Position numbers and translations under genes: made by a program. From assembly GCA_030141605.1 (NCBI GenBank), contig JAQGDQ010000988.1, forward strand, positions 8,598 through 72,597: a stretch of 64,000 nucleotides of DNA, written 5' to 3'. The notes beneath the pieces were generated by a model. That model was not told the origin of the DNA, searched no databases, and saw only the letters and a program-made list of their open reading frames with translations. Origin of the DNA: Tubiluchus corallicola. Taxonomy: Eukaryota > Animalia > Priapulida. Positions 1 to 13,420 of this stretch are shown in pieces. The first letter of the stretch is position 1, and every line of letters starts with the position of its first letter.

Positions 1-794
1 TGGCTTAAACACTTGTTGCCATTGTCTCTTAGAGCACATAAATTGTAGCAGGATTTTCATACTTTGGGGTGGCAAATAGCACAGAGGTCATGTGTACTTA
101 GCAACTGAAGTTAAAGAATGCTGAGGCTGGGCATCAGATGGATGGGTGAGCAGTTTAACCTGCTAACACACTGAGGGCTCGACGCTCTAGTGCCTCATCT
201 TAATGGCTTATACACGATAATGAGAAGGTTCCTGTACTTCCTCACCGAACATTAAACCCTGCCGTTGTGAACTGCATCGCAAGTTAATAATTAGTAAAAT
301 GTCGCTGCACTCACCCTCCAGGGTGCACCACTCACTAACCAAAAACATATTTTTAATCTTATTGACAAGATACAGTAATTTAAAATTTTATTTAGTTAGT
401 AACATGTCTACTACGAATGCTCTGATTATTTTTTCAAATTTTACTCAATGTTATCCTAAACTTGTTTCAAATGACCTACCATTAAAACGGCTGCGTCTAA
501 CGGTCATCGCGGGAGTTTCAATTTACACATTTATGCAACGTTACTGCCGATGCAAGCCCTGCATGCAAAAAGGCAGTATGTAAGTGATATAAAATTTCAA
601 GACAAATTTTTAAGCTTTATGTAAGTGGAAGATTTTCTTTTGCTTTAAGTAAGTAATTGTTTTCACATTTCTAATTGTGGAAACATAAAATGACAGCTAT
701 AAGTAAAGAGAATATTTCCGACGATTTTGAAAACGTCGCCACGATTTCACCGCTTTACCGTTTCTAAGATTCTTCAATGTCGTTAATTCCGCAG

Positions 795-3700
795 GCAAAA
801 TGGATGGTGGACAGCCTGAACCTGCAGGAAAACGCCCAGAAACTCGTGGACGTCGGAGTCGAACAATCGAAGAAGCTCTTGGTCGACACCGGCAAGAGCT
901 TAGTGCACCAGTACATCCGACCGGATCTGACCAAGGTCACGGTGTTCCAGCCGGAACGCGGAGAGATCCAGTACGACCAGTACATCCCGTTTGAGATGAA
1001 ACGACTTGACACTTTACCCGAGGTTCGTGTCATTACGCATCATCGCTTTAGCTATCACTTCATATTCATTTTCCTACGTTTAACTGATAAAAGTAACATA
1101 AATCCGACATACTAAATCAGGGGTGTGCAAATTGCGGCCCGGGCGATTAATTGAGTGTATCCAGCTGAAGTCCGTGTCACGATCCCAAAGATAGTGCGGG
1201 TAGTTTTTTCTACTAGATCGGATGCCATTAACCCTTACAAGACAGTTGTAGCTTAATGTCACTGTACTAAGACTGTGTGATACACATTACTAATATGCAT
1301 TGTAATGAAATTACCACTATCTGTCCTGAAAGTAGAAATATATGGTTTGTAATATAAATTTTAATAACTTCTAAAATAGTTTCTTGAGTGTAGTAGTAAT
1401 GATGTACGCAGGTCGGATGCAAAAAAATCATTATTAGGCCTTTCTGTACTTGGCTCCTTGATCAAACTGCCTATGGCCCACAGGAATTGCGGGAAAGTTT
1501 AATGTGGCCCGGCTAGTCAGATAATTTGCACACCACTGTACTAAATGTTGTTGCCTTTTCCTTTAATCAGAGGGTAATGTCTCGTGTTTTTTGTACTGTA
1601 GGTCGACTATGAGAAATTGCCGTACTTTGCACAAGTGAAAGCCATGTATGATGCTTGGGGTCCTTCTAGCAAATACAGTTTTTGGGATACTTACTACAAC
1701 TACAAACCCACGATAGACATCTACAATTGGGTTCCACCATTCAAAAGTGAGCATATTGATTATTGATTTATCGATTTTCTATAGAAATTATTACTCGTAG
1801 ATATATTTTGTATGCTTTTCCGTGGGATGTGCTAAGTATTTCAGGTATTTCATTTTTACCTGCTTTGTGTTAAATTAAACTAACCTTAATGTTTTCTTTT
1901 TTTGACTGTTTTGGCACTTTATAGATGGCAGCACATGTTACAGTTTTTTGTTATTGCATGTGTAAAATATTAGAATTTTCTGACTTACAATTTTTGTCTT
2001 AAATTAAAGTAGCTTTAGTGTTTCGTTTTCTTCGACTCTTTTATCGCCTTATAGATGGCAGCACATGTTAGCTTTTTTGTTATTGCATGTGTAAAATATT
2101 AAGATTTTCTAACTTACAATTTTTATGTTAAATTAAAGTAACTTTAGTGTTTCATTTTCTTCGATTGTTTTATCGTATTATAGATGGCAGCACATGTTAG
2201 CTTTTTTGTTATTGCATGTGTAAAATATTAAAATTCTCTAACTTTACAATTTTTGTCTTAAATTAAAGTAACTTTAGTGTTTTATTTTTTTTTACTGTTT
2301 TATCGCATTATAGATGGCAGCACATGTATGCTTTGTGTTATTGCATGTGTAAAATATTAAAATTTCCTAGGTTTTCAATTTTCCTCTGCTCTGCATTAAA
2401 TTGCGACAACTTTAATGTTTCATTTTCTTCGATTGTTTTAGCACGTTATAGATGGCAGCACATGTTATTTCGTGCAAACAACGTTACCATTTCTCAATTT
2501 CAATTTCAGCCCGGGCCATGCTGATTGGCAACGATCACTACATGACGTTTGACCACAAGTTCTACGACTTCGCCGGACAGTGCAGCTACGTCCTCGCCCA
2601 CGACTTCGTCGACGCCAACTTCAGCGTCATCGTCAACTACGACCGCGGAATCCGTCGATCTCTTGCCGTTCTCAGCGACAACAAGAAGATCGAAATCACT
2701 CCCGACTACCGGGTTAGTAGCAAGATTAACAGTTCAAAGGTTTTCTCTTTTTTGACTGAACTTATCCCTTTAAAGATGAAGAAAGGGGATCTTAAAGTGT
2801 CTCAAAAAAATTCGTTTTGCAAAATTATATTAGCATAGGTACCAGCTGGTAAAACGTCGCTGTTTCACTATCCCAGTGTGCACCGTTGATTCACCAAAAA
2901 CACACTATCGATCTTATCGACAATATAATGTAATGTAAACTTTTGTTTAGTTAGTCAACCATTATTTCGCTGAGTAACAATTAAAAAGTAGTTCGGAAGG
3001 CACTAATCTTTCAGCCATTATTTCGCTGAGTAACAACTAAAAAGTAGTTCATTGTTTCGCTGAGTAACAACTAAAAAGTAGTTCTGAAGGCACTAATCTT
3101 TCAGCCATTATTTCGCTGAGTAACAACTAAAAAGTAGTTCGAAAGGCACTGATCTTTCAGCCATTATTTCGCTGAGTAACAACTGAAAAGTAGTTCGAAA
3201 GGCACTCATTTTTCAGCCATTGTTTCGCTGTGTAACAACTAAAAAGTAGTTCGAAAGGCACTCATTTTTCAGCCATTGTTTCGCTGAGTAACAACTGAAA
3301 AGTAGTTCGAAAGGCACTGATCTTTCAGCCATTATTTCGCTGAGTAACAACTGAAAAGTAGTTCGAAAGGCACTCATTTTTCAGCCATTGTTTCGCTGAG
3401 TAACAACTGAAAAGTAGTTCGAAAGGCACTCATTTTTCAGCCATTGTTTCGCTGTGTAACAACTAAAAAGTAGTTCGAAAGGCACTCATTTTTCAGCCAT
3501 TGTTTCGCTGAGTAACAACTGAAAAGTAGTTCGGGGGGCACTAATCTTTCAGCCATTGTTTCCCTGAGTAACATATGATGTCAATTTAAACGTGCTCTTT
3601 TCACAATACATTCAGTGTTTTATTAATTTTGATTTTAAGAGTGGAACCTTTCATACTCTCTGGTTTCATGCTTCTGTAAATCTAGTCTAAGCTTCCATTT

Positions 3701-6700
3701 CCAAAGCGATTTTGCCGTCATTTTGTAGGTATCCGTCGACGGCAAGCGCGTGGAAGTTCCGTACAAGTTTGACGACACGTTGATCCAGCGCATGGGACCG
3801 GTGGTGCGCGTCGACAATCGCCACGGCGTCAGCCTCGTCTGCAACTGGCAACGCGACATCTGTACGCTACACATGAGCGGCTGGTACTTCGGTAAGACGG
3901 CCGGACTCTGGGGGACCTACAACAACGAAGAGAACGACGACTTCTTGACCTCCAGGAAAGAGGAGACACGGGATCTACAGGAATTCACGTCGTAAGTGGA
4001 ATTAAAATGATAAGTAGAAAACTCAAAGGAGTGGTAAAGTTAAATTGGCTGAAACACCTTCTAAGATTAAATGAAGCGCCAGTAAGAATCTCTCTAGAAG
4101 AAGCTCTAAAATCTTGCAAAAACGTATGACACCATCGGGAACGTTTAAATTGCTAACCGAGTGGAACTAATGACATTTAAACGGTTAGTTAAAAAACCTG
4201 AGAATGTTCTAACTAGCAATAAATTAAGTCTTGACATAAGCTTTCGATTATTTAATGCTTAAGTTACCAGCATATTTATGTACAACAGTAAAACTTGGGG
4301 TTTAACGCTTACTCGAGAAAAGCAGATTGACACATTTCATAGAAGTCTTCTAAGAAAAGTTTTAAAGATAAGATGGCCATACGTAATCAAAAATGAAGAT
4401 TTGTACACTAGAACAAAAGAAATTTCTTGGAGTTCAAATGTTAAGATTCGATGATTGAGATTAAGATTAGAAGATTAAAATTAAGACATCTTCTAAGATT
4501 ACCAAATCAGGTAACAGTAAGAATCGCCTTAAAGGTAGCTAGTAGGCATCGTTTTTTCCTGCCTAGTACATCGTATTTTTCGGGAAGGGGCAGACTGTAT
4601 AATTGTTGGATTCTAAACAAATGATTTATGCATCACAAAATCTTGTGTTATTTTACTAGTGCTGCCTCATAGTGGTAGGCATCGTATTTTTGGGAAAGCG
4701 CAGACTGTATAATTGCTGGATTCTAAACAAATGATTTAAGCATCACAAGATTATAAATGTTCATTTCTAGTTCGTGGAATCTGGATGAGAGCTGCCGACA
4801 ATCGTGGAACGCCGCCACTAATCCAGCTCCATCCGATCCGGAGTCCATCCGCATCTGCTCCACGTTCTTCCGGGATGAATCCAGTCCATTCAGACACTGC
4901 TTCCGCCAGGTAGGGGGCATGCAATCATAATTATTTTTCATAAATGTGTATGTAAAACGTCAGTGTACTGTTTGATGCGCTAATCAATCCGTTTAGAAAT
5001 GAAAAGTGGATTTACTGGTTATTTTCACTATTGTTCTTGTGTTCGCAGGTTGAACCAAGTCCGTACATGGAGATGTGCGCTAAGGATGTGAACGTTAACC
5101 GCAATTATGAATCGGGAATGTGCTCCGTCTCCGAAGCTTACATCACCGAATGTTTGCGCAAAGGCGTACCATTGGAAATGCCCAACCAGTGCAGTAAGTT
5201 CACGTCGATTACTACACACTTTACATCACTGTGAAGTAATCCGTGACGTTACGTCGATTACTACACACTTTACATCACTGTGAAGTAATCCGTGACGTTA
5301 CGTCGATTACTACACACTTTACATCACTGTGAAGTAATCCGTGACGTTACGTCGATTACTACACACTTTACATCATTGTGAAGTAATCCGTAACGTTACG
5401 TCGATTACTACACACTTTACATCATTGTGAAGTAATCCGTGACGTTATGTCGATTACTACACACTTTACATCATTGTGAAGTAATCCGAGACGTTACGTC
5501 GATTACTACACACTTTACATCATTGTGAAGTAATCCGTGACGTTACTTCGATTACTACACACTTTACATCATTGTGAAGTAATCCGTGACGTTTTGAAGA
5601 AGTAGCAGACCTTTGTTTGATTGTGTGCGGGTTAACACTAAGTACTTGAAATATTTTTTAATCTTTATCCTTAATCGTTATCATTTAATGTCACTCAGCT
5701 TCTCAAATGAAGCAGAGCTTTATAATTATGACGAATTTTACCTGCTATTGAGAAAATGAATTGAATTGAATTGAGTTCATTGTAGAAGTACGCACATGTC
5801 ATTAGCATACACGAGGTGATTAGAATGTTGCTCAGTATCTTTGACTGTTCCGTTTCTCCATTACTAACCGGCGTTGACTTTAACAGTAACGTGCGACGGA
5901 CCGCTTAAGACGTTCTCCAAGGGAGAGGAGGTGACCGTCGAACGAAGCAAGAGGACCAGAAGCACCGATGTCGTCTTCATCGTCGAGAACAAGCAATGCA
6001 ACGAGGACACCGCGAGACAGATTCCCGAAATCGTCAACTCTGTACGTATCACTTTGTTAAGCAACTGCTGTGCTCCTGTCTCCTCATATTTCCTTGTGTT
6101 CATTCAAGATCAGTTTATAAACGGTCTTAGACAGGGGTGTACAAATTATCTGACTAGCCGGGCCACATTAAACTTTCCCGCAATTCCTGCGGGCCACAGG
6201 CAGTTTGATCAAGGAGCCAAGTACAGAAAGGCCTAATAACGATTTTTTTGCATCCGACCTGCGTACATCATTACTACTACACTCAAGAAACTATTTTAGA
6301 AGTTATTAAAATTTATATTACAAACCATATATTTCTACTTTCAGGACAGATAGTTGTAATTTCATTACAATGCATATTAGTAATGTGTATCACACAGTCT
6401 GTGTAGTACAGTGACATTAAGCTACGACCGTCTTGTAAGGGTTAATGGCATCCGATCTAGTAGGAAAAACTAACCGCACTATCTTTGAGATCGTGGCACG
6501 GACTTCAGCTGGATACACTCAATTAATCGTCCGGGCCGCACTTTCATTAGGTTGACAAATCTCTTCGCGGGCCGCACAAATTCTCTCGGCGTGCCGCAAT
6601 TTGCACACCCCTGGTCTAAGACTCTAGGCATTGAGAGTAATCATTGCTTTGTTTGTTCATTGTAAAACTTCTAGAAATTCTGAAATGTACCATTCACGGG

Positions 6701-9700
6701 ATGTCAGGGGATTCGTTTATTGTATCGTGTTTCCTTTGGTATCATCTTTCACATGTTCAGTGTCTCTTAGAGGATAAGCTTTTTAATAACCCAGGTACTG
6801 ATCCTGCCACAAACACTGTGTCCCCAGAATACCGTACTGTATAAAAAGCATTGAAGCATAGCAATTATAGCAGTGCGAAATCATTTTCGTCACCTTTGAC
6901 ATCTGGAAAACTTATGCGGTTAAACAATTAAATAAACTGGCATTTTTTGCCTTTCCGTGACCGTCTTCTTGTCCGACCTTCTTAATCTTTTGAATATTTC
7001 TTGCGCAGTTCTTGGAACGTCGCCTCAGGCAGGAGAAGATCAGAGACAACAGATATGCCATCGTCGGCTACGGTGGCGACGGCGTCTACGATCTTCCGCA
7101 CGTTCATACCGCCAACGGACAGATTTTCGTCGGCTCGGACGAACTCTACGGCTCTCGCGTGATGGACAACGTCCCGTTCAACGACGACGAAGAACAAAAG
7201 GACATCTTTGAAGCCATCGGTTATGCTGCCGGACTGCCGTTCAGAACCGGTAAGTGTTTTGCAAAAGTAGCAAGTACGTATCATTGGCGTACGTGAGATG
7301 ATTAGACACTTTTGCAAAAGTAGCAAGTACGTATCATCGGCGTACGTGAGATGATTAGACACTTTTGCAAAAGTAGCAAGTACGTATCATCGGCATACGT
7401 GAGATGATTAGACGCTTTTGCAAAGGTAGCAAGTACGTATCATCAGCATACGTGAGATGATTAGACGCTTTTGCAAAAGTAGCAAGTACGTATCATCGGC
7501 ATACGTGAGATGATTAGACGCTTTTGCAAAGGTAGCAAGTACGTATCATCGGCATACGTGAGATGATTACTCGCTTTTGTAAAAGTAGCAAGTACGTATC
7601 ATCGGCATACATGAGATGATTAGACGCTTTTGCAAAAGTAGCAAGTACGTATCATCAGCATACATGAGATGATTAGACGCTTTTGCAAAAGTAGCAAGTA
7701 CGTATCATCAGCATACGTGAGATGATTAGACGCTTTTGCAAAAGTAGCAAGTACGTATCATCAGCATACATGAGATGATTAGACGCTTTTGTAAAAGTAG
7801 CAAGTACGTATCATCGGCATACATGAGATGATTAGACGCTTTTGTAAAAGTAGCAAGTACGTATCATCGGCATACGTGAGATGATTAGACGCTTTTGCAA
7901 AGGTAGCAAGTACGTATCATCAGCATACGTGAGATGATTAGACACTTTTGCAAAAGTAGCAAGTACGTATCATCGGCATACATGAGATGATTAGACGCTT
8001 TTGCAAAAGTAGCAAGTACGTATCATCAGCATACGTGAGATGATTAGACGCTTTTGCAAAAGTAGCAAGTACGTATCATCAGCATGCATCACATCAGAAT
8101 AGTTTAAACTTTTTCATCACTTTTTATCAGGCGTCTCGAAGACATTCATCCTGTTGACGTGCAGCGAATGTGATCCCGAGGTGATGAAACTCGACTATTC
8201 CGCCATGCTGACGTTCCTCATCGAGCGCGACATCACTCTGCATATCATCAAGGATCACGACTTCCAACTGAAGAGCAAGAAGAAGCACAAAATCGTTGGT
8301 AAGTTTGTAGAAAATTAACTCATGTTCTGGCAATGGCAGAAATCTTCTCTAACACTTCATTTTTTTGGTGTTAACATCATTTTCTTGCAATGGCAGAAAT
8401 CTTCTCTAACACTTAATTTTTTTGGTGTTAATATCATTTTCTTGCAATGGTAGAAATCTTCTCTAACACTTATTTTTTGGCATTAATATATTGCGTTTAA
8501 CATAGCATATATAGCAATATAGCATTTAACTTGCTAGACTGCTGTCGGCTATAGTGGTTCGCACTACTAACATTGTCATCATTTGCACTGCTAATAAACC
8601 GACAGTAGGAGTGAGCATCGAACGTTCGAATCAAATTCGATTCGAACAAGTTTTATTAGTTCGAATTTGATTCGAATCTAAATTTATAAATTTGAATAAT
8701 TCAACACTTCAGCCACACAAGTGCTTTATCATTAAAACGTTTGAAACATCAAGCAATTAGCACAATTTAGCTGCAGTTTCCGTGCAAAATTTTTAGCAAA
8801 CTAAAAGTGGTTTTACTGCAGAACAAAATCAAGCACTCACACACACACATACACACATGCACACGTGTGCTCACACACACACACACACACGCCACAGACA
8901 CACACGCAGACACAGACACACACAAACACGCACGCACGCACACACACACAAACACGCACACACACACATGCACACACACACACGCGCACACACACACACG
9001 CATGCACACAACACACACACGCAGACACAGACACACACACAAACACACACACACACGATAGAACAAAATAACTTGTTGATCACTTTAGATATAATTTCAA
9101 AACTCGTTCTTGTTCAGGTATTGATGGTAACTCTGCGTACACGATGAAGGACGCAAACGACAAGACGTTTGAAGGCAGCAAGATCCTCTACAGCCAACTC
9201 TGGGTGCCAAAGGACATCTGCGTAGCTCTGGCCCAGGAAACCAACGGCACCATGTTCAACGCCGACAAGCTGACGATGGGTCGTAAGCCGCACCTGAAGA
9301 AGAACCGCGACGTGTTCGCTCGCCGCGTCGCCATGACGGCGGAACCGAACGAGTGCCAGATTTGCCAGTGCTTGGAGAACGAATTCAGCGTTGGATACTC
9401 AGACTGCCGACCGTGCGTCCAGCCAAAAACCTTCGCACTTATTCAGGTATTAACACCGTCTTTCCGTTGCCGTTACCGGTCTCATGTACATCGAAGTACG
9501 ACTTGTTGATAGCTGTCATCCCTTCATTATGTTGACCAGACGGTTTAGTCTAGTGATAAGAATGACCAGACGGTTTAGTCTAGTGATAAGAATGACCAGA
9601 CGGTTTAGTCTAGTGGTAACGCGTCTGCTTTCCGTCTGGGGGGTCGTGAGTTCGATACAGCGGCCGGGTCATACTAAAGACTTTAAAAATGGTACCTGCT

Positions 9701-9846
9701 GTTGCCCTGCCTGGCACGTTGTATTTAGGGTAAAAGTGGGGTAATAATAGTCTCTGTTATGTAGTTGTAGGTTGTTATTTACAGTCGGTGATAGTAGCTC
9801 TTTGAGCTAATGTTAATTGTTGGCCAAAAGCCGACTTTAAATAAAG

Positions 9847-9908
<62 letters not shown>

Positions 9909-11056
9909 GCATCTACAGTGTCAAGAGCAAGGCAAAAATGGGTCACTTTTTGCATATTAGTCCGTAATTTTTGTAGAAATCTAACTCTTATTTTGCTCAT
10001 GCAGCACCTGGTTTTGTTGCATTAATATCTTAGCTCACTAGTCATCCTGTGTGTGCTTAGTGATCAAGTTAAGCAACTCTGGACCCGATTAGCAAATGAA
10101 TTGCTGGCAGTTAGGATAATGGGCAGGATAGTAGGACAATGTTTAGGGCATTTCCGTGTGAAATATTGTCTTTGACTATTTCTGTCACTAGGGGGATGCG
10201 TGTATACATACACAAAATATGGTTAATATGCCTTTTTAGTTTAGTATCTAATTTTGGACGATTCTTCTTCTTCCCAGCTTTTCCCTTTCGCCGTTGTGAA
10301 TCAGTCTTCTCCACGCATTCCTGTTGTTGACCATCTCTTCATTTATGTTCTTCTCTCTAAGGTTGGGTCGTCCTCTTCTTTTCCCAGCACTTCCATTTCC
10401 ATGACCTCCCTTCCCACGTGATCTTCACCGACTCTTCTTCTCAGGTGCCCATACCATCGCAATCTTGCCTCTTGTATCTTTTTCGAGGCTTCCACTACTT
10501 TCACTGTTCCTCTAATATTACTATTCCTGATTTTATCCCTTCTTGTTACTCCCACCATCCATCTCAACATCCTCATCTCCGCCACATCCATTTTCTTCTC
10601 TTCGGTCTTCTTTAGAGGTGCTGCTTCCAGCCCATATATTAGGGCGGGTCTGAACACTGCTTTGTGAACTTTACCTTTATTGTCAATAATCGGATAGGGT
10701 CCGTATGCGTTTCAGTAAGAGAACTACGCCAGCAAGTATGAGCAAAAAGAAAATTGCTATTTCAAATGATTAACCGTGTTTAAATTGCTTTCTTTGTTCT
10801 ACATTCTCAGTGAACAATTTGTACTTTGTACTTCTAGGCTCAGGGAGTGAACATCGAGAGCGACGAGGACGACAACGAAGTTGCCGCTGACGACAACGAC
10901 GACGATGCCGACAACGTACCGTTCAAAGTACGATACCAAGAATACAAGCGCCTGCCAAAGCGGAAGCAGCCGAAAAAGAAGTCGTCGCGCAAATCGCCGA
11001 GAAAATTGTTGAAATCGCGAAGGAAGGGCAGAGGCAAAGAGGTGGCTTGGTTTTAA
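795..11056 (+). CDS. Large lipid transfer protein (apolipophorin/vitellogenin family), 3' part: VWD, C8 and VWA-like domains plus a charged tail; the 5' part lies upstream of the window
   Basis: Eleven phase-compatible GT-AG exons: 795-1022, 1602-1746, 2510-2712, 3729-3991, 4771-4909, 5049-5193, 5887-6041, 7009-7249, 8131-8298, 9118-9446, 10838-11056 (TAA). Motifs: [40 protein letters not shown] and [18 protein letters not shown] (apolipophorin-type VWD), [19 protein letters not shown] (C8), STDVVFIVE...YAIVGYGG...[13 protein letters not shown] (VWA-like). Confidence 0.9.
1118..1538. mobile_element. hAT (Charlie-like) MITE
   Basis: TIR CAGGGGTGTGCAAATT...AATTTGCACACCACTG with a perfect 8-bp TSD TACTAAAT. 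Confidence 0.9.
1890..2470. repeat. ~130-bp tandem repeat, ~4.5 copies
   Basis: Recurring TTATAGATGGCAGCACATGTT...TTGCATGTGTAAAATATT. Confidence 0.9.
2957..3572. repeat. 56-bp minisatellite, ~11 copies
   Basis: Unit CAGCCATTRTTTCGCTGAGTAACAACTRAAAAGTAGTTCGAAAGGCACT... Confidence 0.95.
4005..4545 (+). mobile_element. Degenerate non-LTR retrotransposon (RTE-like) fragments; the same family occurs at ~24440-25215
   Basis: [49 protein letters not shown], a post-RT motif, with stops and rearrangement. Confidence 0.7.
5202..5593. repeat. 49-bp minisatellite, 8 copies
   Basis: Unit ACGTCGATTACTACACACTTTACATCAYTGTGAAGTAATCCGTGACGTT. Confidence 0.95.
6132..6613. mobile_element. hAT (Charlie-like) MITE, same family as 1118-1538, opposite orientation
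   Basis: Same TIRs; TSD GTCTTAGA/GTCTAAGA. Confidence 0.9.
7257..8085. repeat. 53-bp minisatellite, ~16 copies
   Basis: Unit TTTTGCAAAAGTAGCAAGTACGTATCATCRGCATACGTGAGATGATTAGACGC. Confidence 0.95.
8834..9057. repeat. Imperfect (CA)n microsatellite
   Basis: Seen directly in the sequence. Confidence 0.95.
9594..9907 (+). mobile_element. tRNA-derived SINE with (ATT)n tail
   Basis: A box TAGTCTAGTGG, B box GTTCGATAC, and core GGGTCATACTAAAGACTTTAAAAATGGTAC (resembles the widespread Meta/MESC-type SINE core, from memory). Three copies in the window. Confidence 0.85.
10263..10678 (-). mobile_element. RTE-clade LINE 3' fragment (shorter copy at ~34190-34392)
   Basis: [10 protein letters not shown]...[20 protein letters not shown]...[11 protein letters not shown] and a (GAA)n tail. 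Confidence 0.85.
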
Positions 11057-12763
11057 CGTGCAATAACATGTTGTAACGCGTCTAATTTCAACCTGTGATT
11101 CACCCCAATCAAAAAATGTTATATACTAGAACGTACATACTCATAAAGCAATGCAATATTATTATAAATATAATTATTTAAACCAACGTAGTCGCTTCGC
11201 CAAACCCGGTGTCTGTTAGAACGTCTATTTATTCGATACGTGGCCTTACAGAACAAAAGCATTTGAAACAAATTACTATTATTGTTATTATTATTAAGAA
11301 CTGTTTTGTTTTGATAAAGGGATACATGTGGGAAATATTCAGTGTAGGGAAAACGATGTAAAACATTTTTAAGGATAATTTCCGGATTTGCGGGTGCAAT
11401 ACTTTTGTATAATAATTGATTTTCTGTGATACAGCGAATAAATAAGCATTTTGAAAGTTCGATTTTTTTTCTTTAAGTTATTTTATTGTTATTTATTAAA
11501 TATTTCTCAAAAAGAAAACATTATGCAGACGAAAGTGCGTATCCACGAGTTACGCTTTACGTAAAATAGTTACACATGAACAACAAAAACTAAATTTCAC
11601 ATAAAAATGTAATCTAAAGAACGTAAATTATTTTTACAATTATTAAAACGGAAAACGAAGAAATACGATAGAAATCATTGAAAAAAACGAAAGCTAACCA
11701 TACATACTCTGTTACTTATCATAAATTAACAATTTTAACATTTTCTGTGAACTATTTGAGAAAACTGTAAAAGAGGAGGAATAACGTTGCGAAGTATCGA
11801 CTATGCCACATGTTTTTTTGTACCGTATACCAGAAACCGTCTTCTAGTCTGAAAGAAAAAAAGAACTCAACTTTTCAACATGCGAAATGTGACATCGTGT
11901 AGAATTAATATAACGTGATTTTTATTTATGCCACTTATATAAATGCGTTGCAAAGAAACGGCATCGTACTCAAAGCAGCTTTGCTTCAAAATGGCTACAC
12001 AAGTACACAGCGCCATCTTTGGCAGAAAATTGTTACTAGCAATTGTGTGAAAAATCAATATTTTGCAGGCTCACATCAATGCATGATGCAAATTTATAAG
12101 TGAAAGGAAACAAACAAAAATAGAAATGAATTTAAATTTAATATGTGAAATTTTTCATGTACTAAAGTTAGATTATACTGAAAAATCACTACTGTAACAA
12201 AGATATGTAAGCAGACACAAAAAAACTGTGCAAATATACAATTATTGTATGTTCATTTACATAACACAGAGAGACTGACTAACATAGGCTGCACAAACTG
12301 TTTGTAGTGGCTTAGCAACTTGTTGTCTGCATAAGTGATTTAACAAGTATTATTTTCATGCAACCTTTTGATGTTTGATGAAACGTTGATGGCGACACTG
12401 ACGATGATAATGATCATGACAACAATGACGACGATGATGATGATGACAATGAACTACATTATAACTAAAAACTTTGCAATAATTAAAATTAAAGCTCACA
12501 GGTTTTATATCTGTGAGAGAACTTGATGATAAAATGATTACTGTGCATGCCTCGGGACCACAGTTAAGCAGCACTGAGCCTGTATCAGCATGACTGGCAG
12601 GTTTACTATTTCTTCGCTTTAGTTTCACATGCCATGTACTCACATCCGAACATGACCGCGACACCTCTGCCCGTTTAATTTCTCATCTTGCAATTGCGAT
12701 GTCATCTATCGTTGACCTATTACATTCCAGTCCTGCCACACTATCAATGTTAAATGGCAAGTA

Positions 12764-13403
12764 AAGGGGTACCTGAAGTTTCGCAAAAAATGGCTTAAGA
12801 AATTATATTACTTACAGCAATTTTATGCTTACGTCGCATTGAAAGGAATTTTTGTTTGTTTTCATTTTAAATCTCCCGCAATACTGTTCCGACAACATCA
12901 TTCCATGACGTCACTTACGCAAACGTAAATCAGGGGAAGAAAAGGAAATGTTAAACTATGTCCCAAAAAACTTTCCGTGCAAATCTACATTACTTAACAT
13001 TTCACTTACTTGCAGGAAAGACTTATGTAATTAGACTAATAATTTAAAATGTTTGTGCCAATTGGTAAAATGTCGCCGACTCACTCTCCAGGGTGCACCA
13101 CTCACTAATCAAACATGCTTTTTTAATCTTATTGACAAGATACAGTAATTTAAAATTTTACTTAATTAGCAACATGTATGCTACGAATGCTCTGATTGTT
13201 TTTCAAATTTTACTTAATGTTATCTAAACTTGTTTCAAACTACCTACCAATAAAATGGCTGCGCCTAACAGTCATCGCGGGTTTAAATTTTCAAGTTTTA
13301 TACAACGTTGCTGTCGACGCAAGCCCTACATGTAAAAAGGCAGTACGTAAGTGGCATAAAATTTCAAGACGAATTTTTTAAGCTTTATGCATTTTCTTGT
13401 TCT
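12764..13403. mobile_element. Kolobok-like K1 copy abutting a 5S-derived sequence
   Basis: Colinear with the reverse complement of 57935-58679; ends TTTTCTTGTTCT|TTAA. Confidence 0.75.
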
Positions 13404-13420
13404 TTAAGTGATATTAATAA

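Noticed and set aside
8767-9147. CV/HT-repeat ORFs (also 31622-31871)
   Set aside because: Translations of dinucleotide microsatellites.
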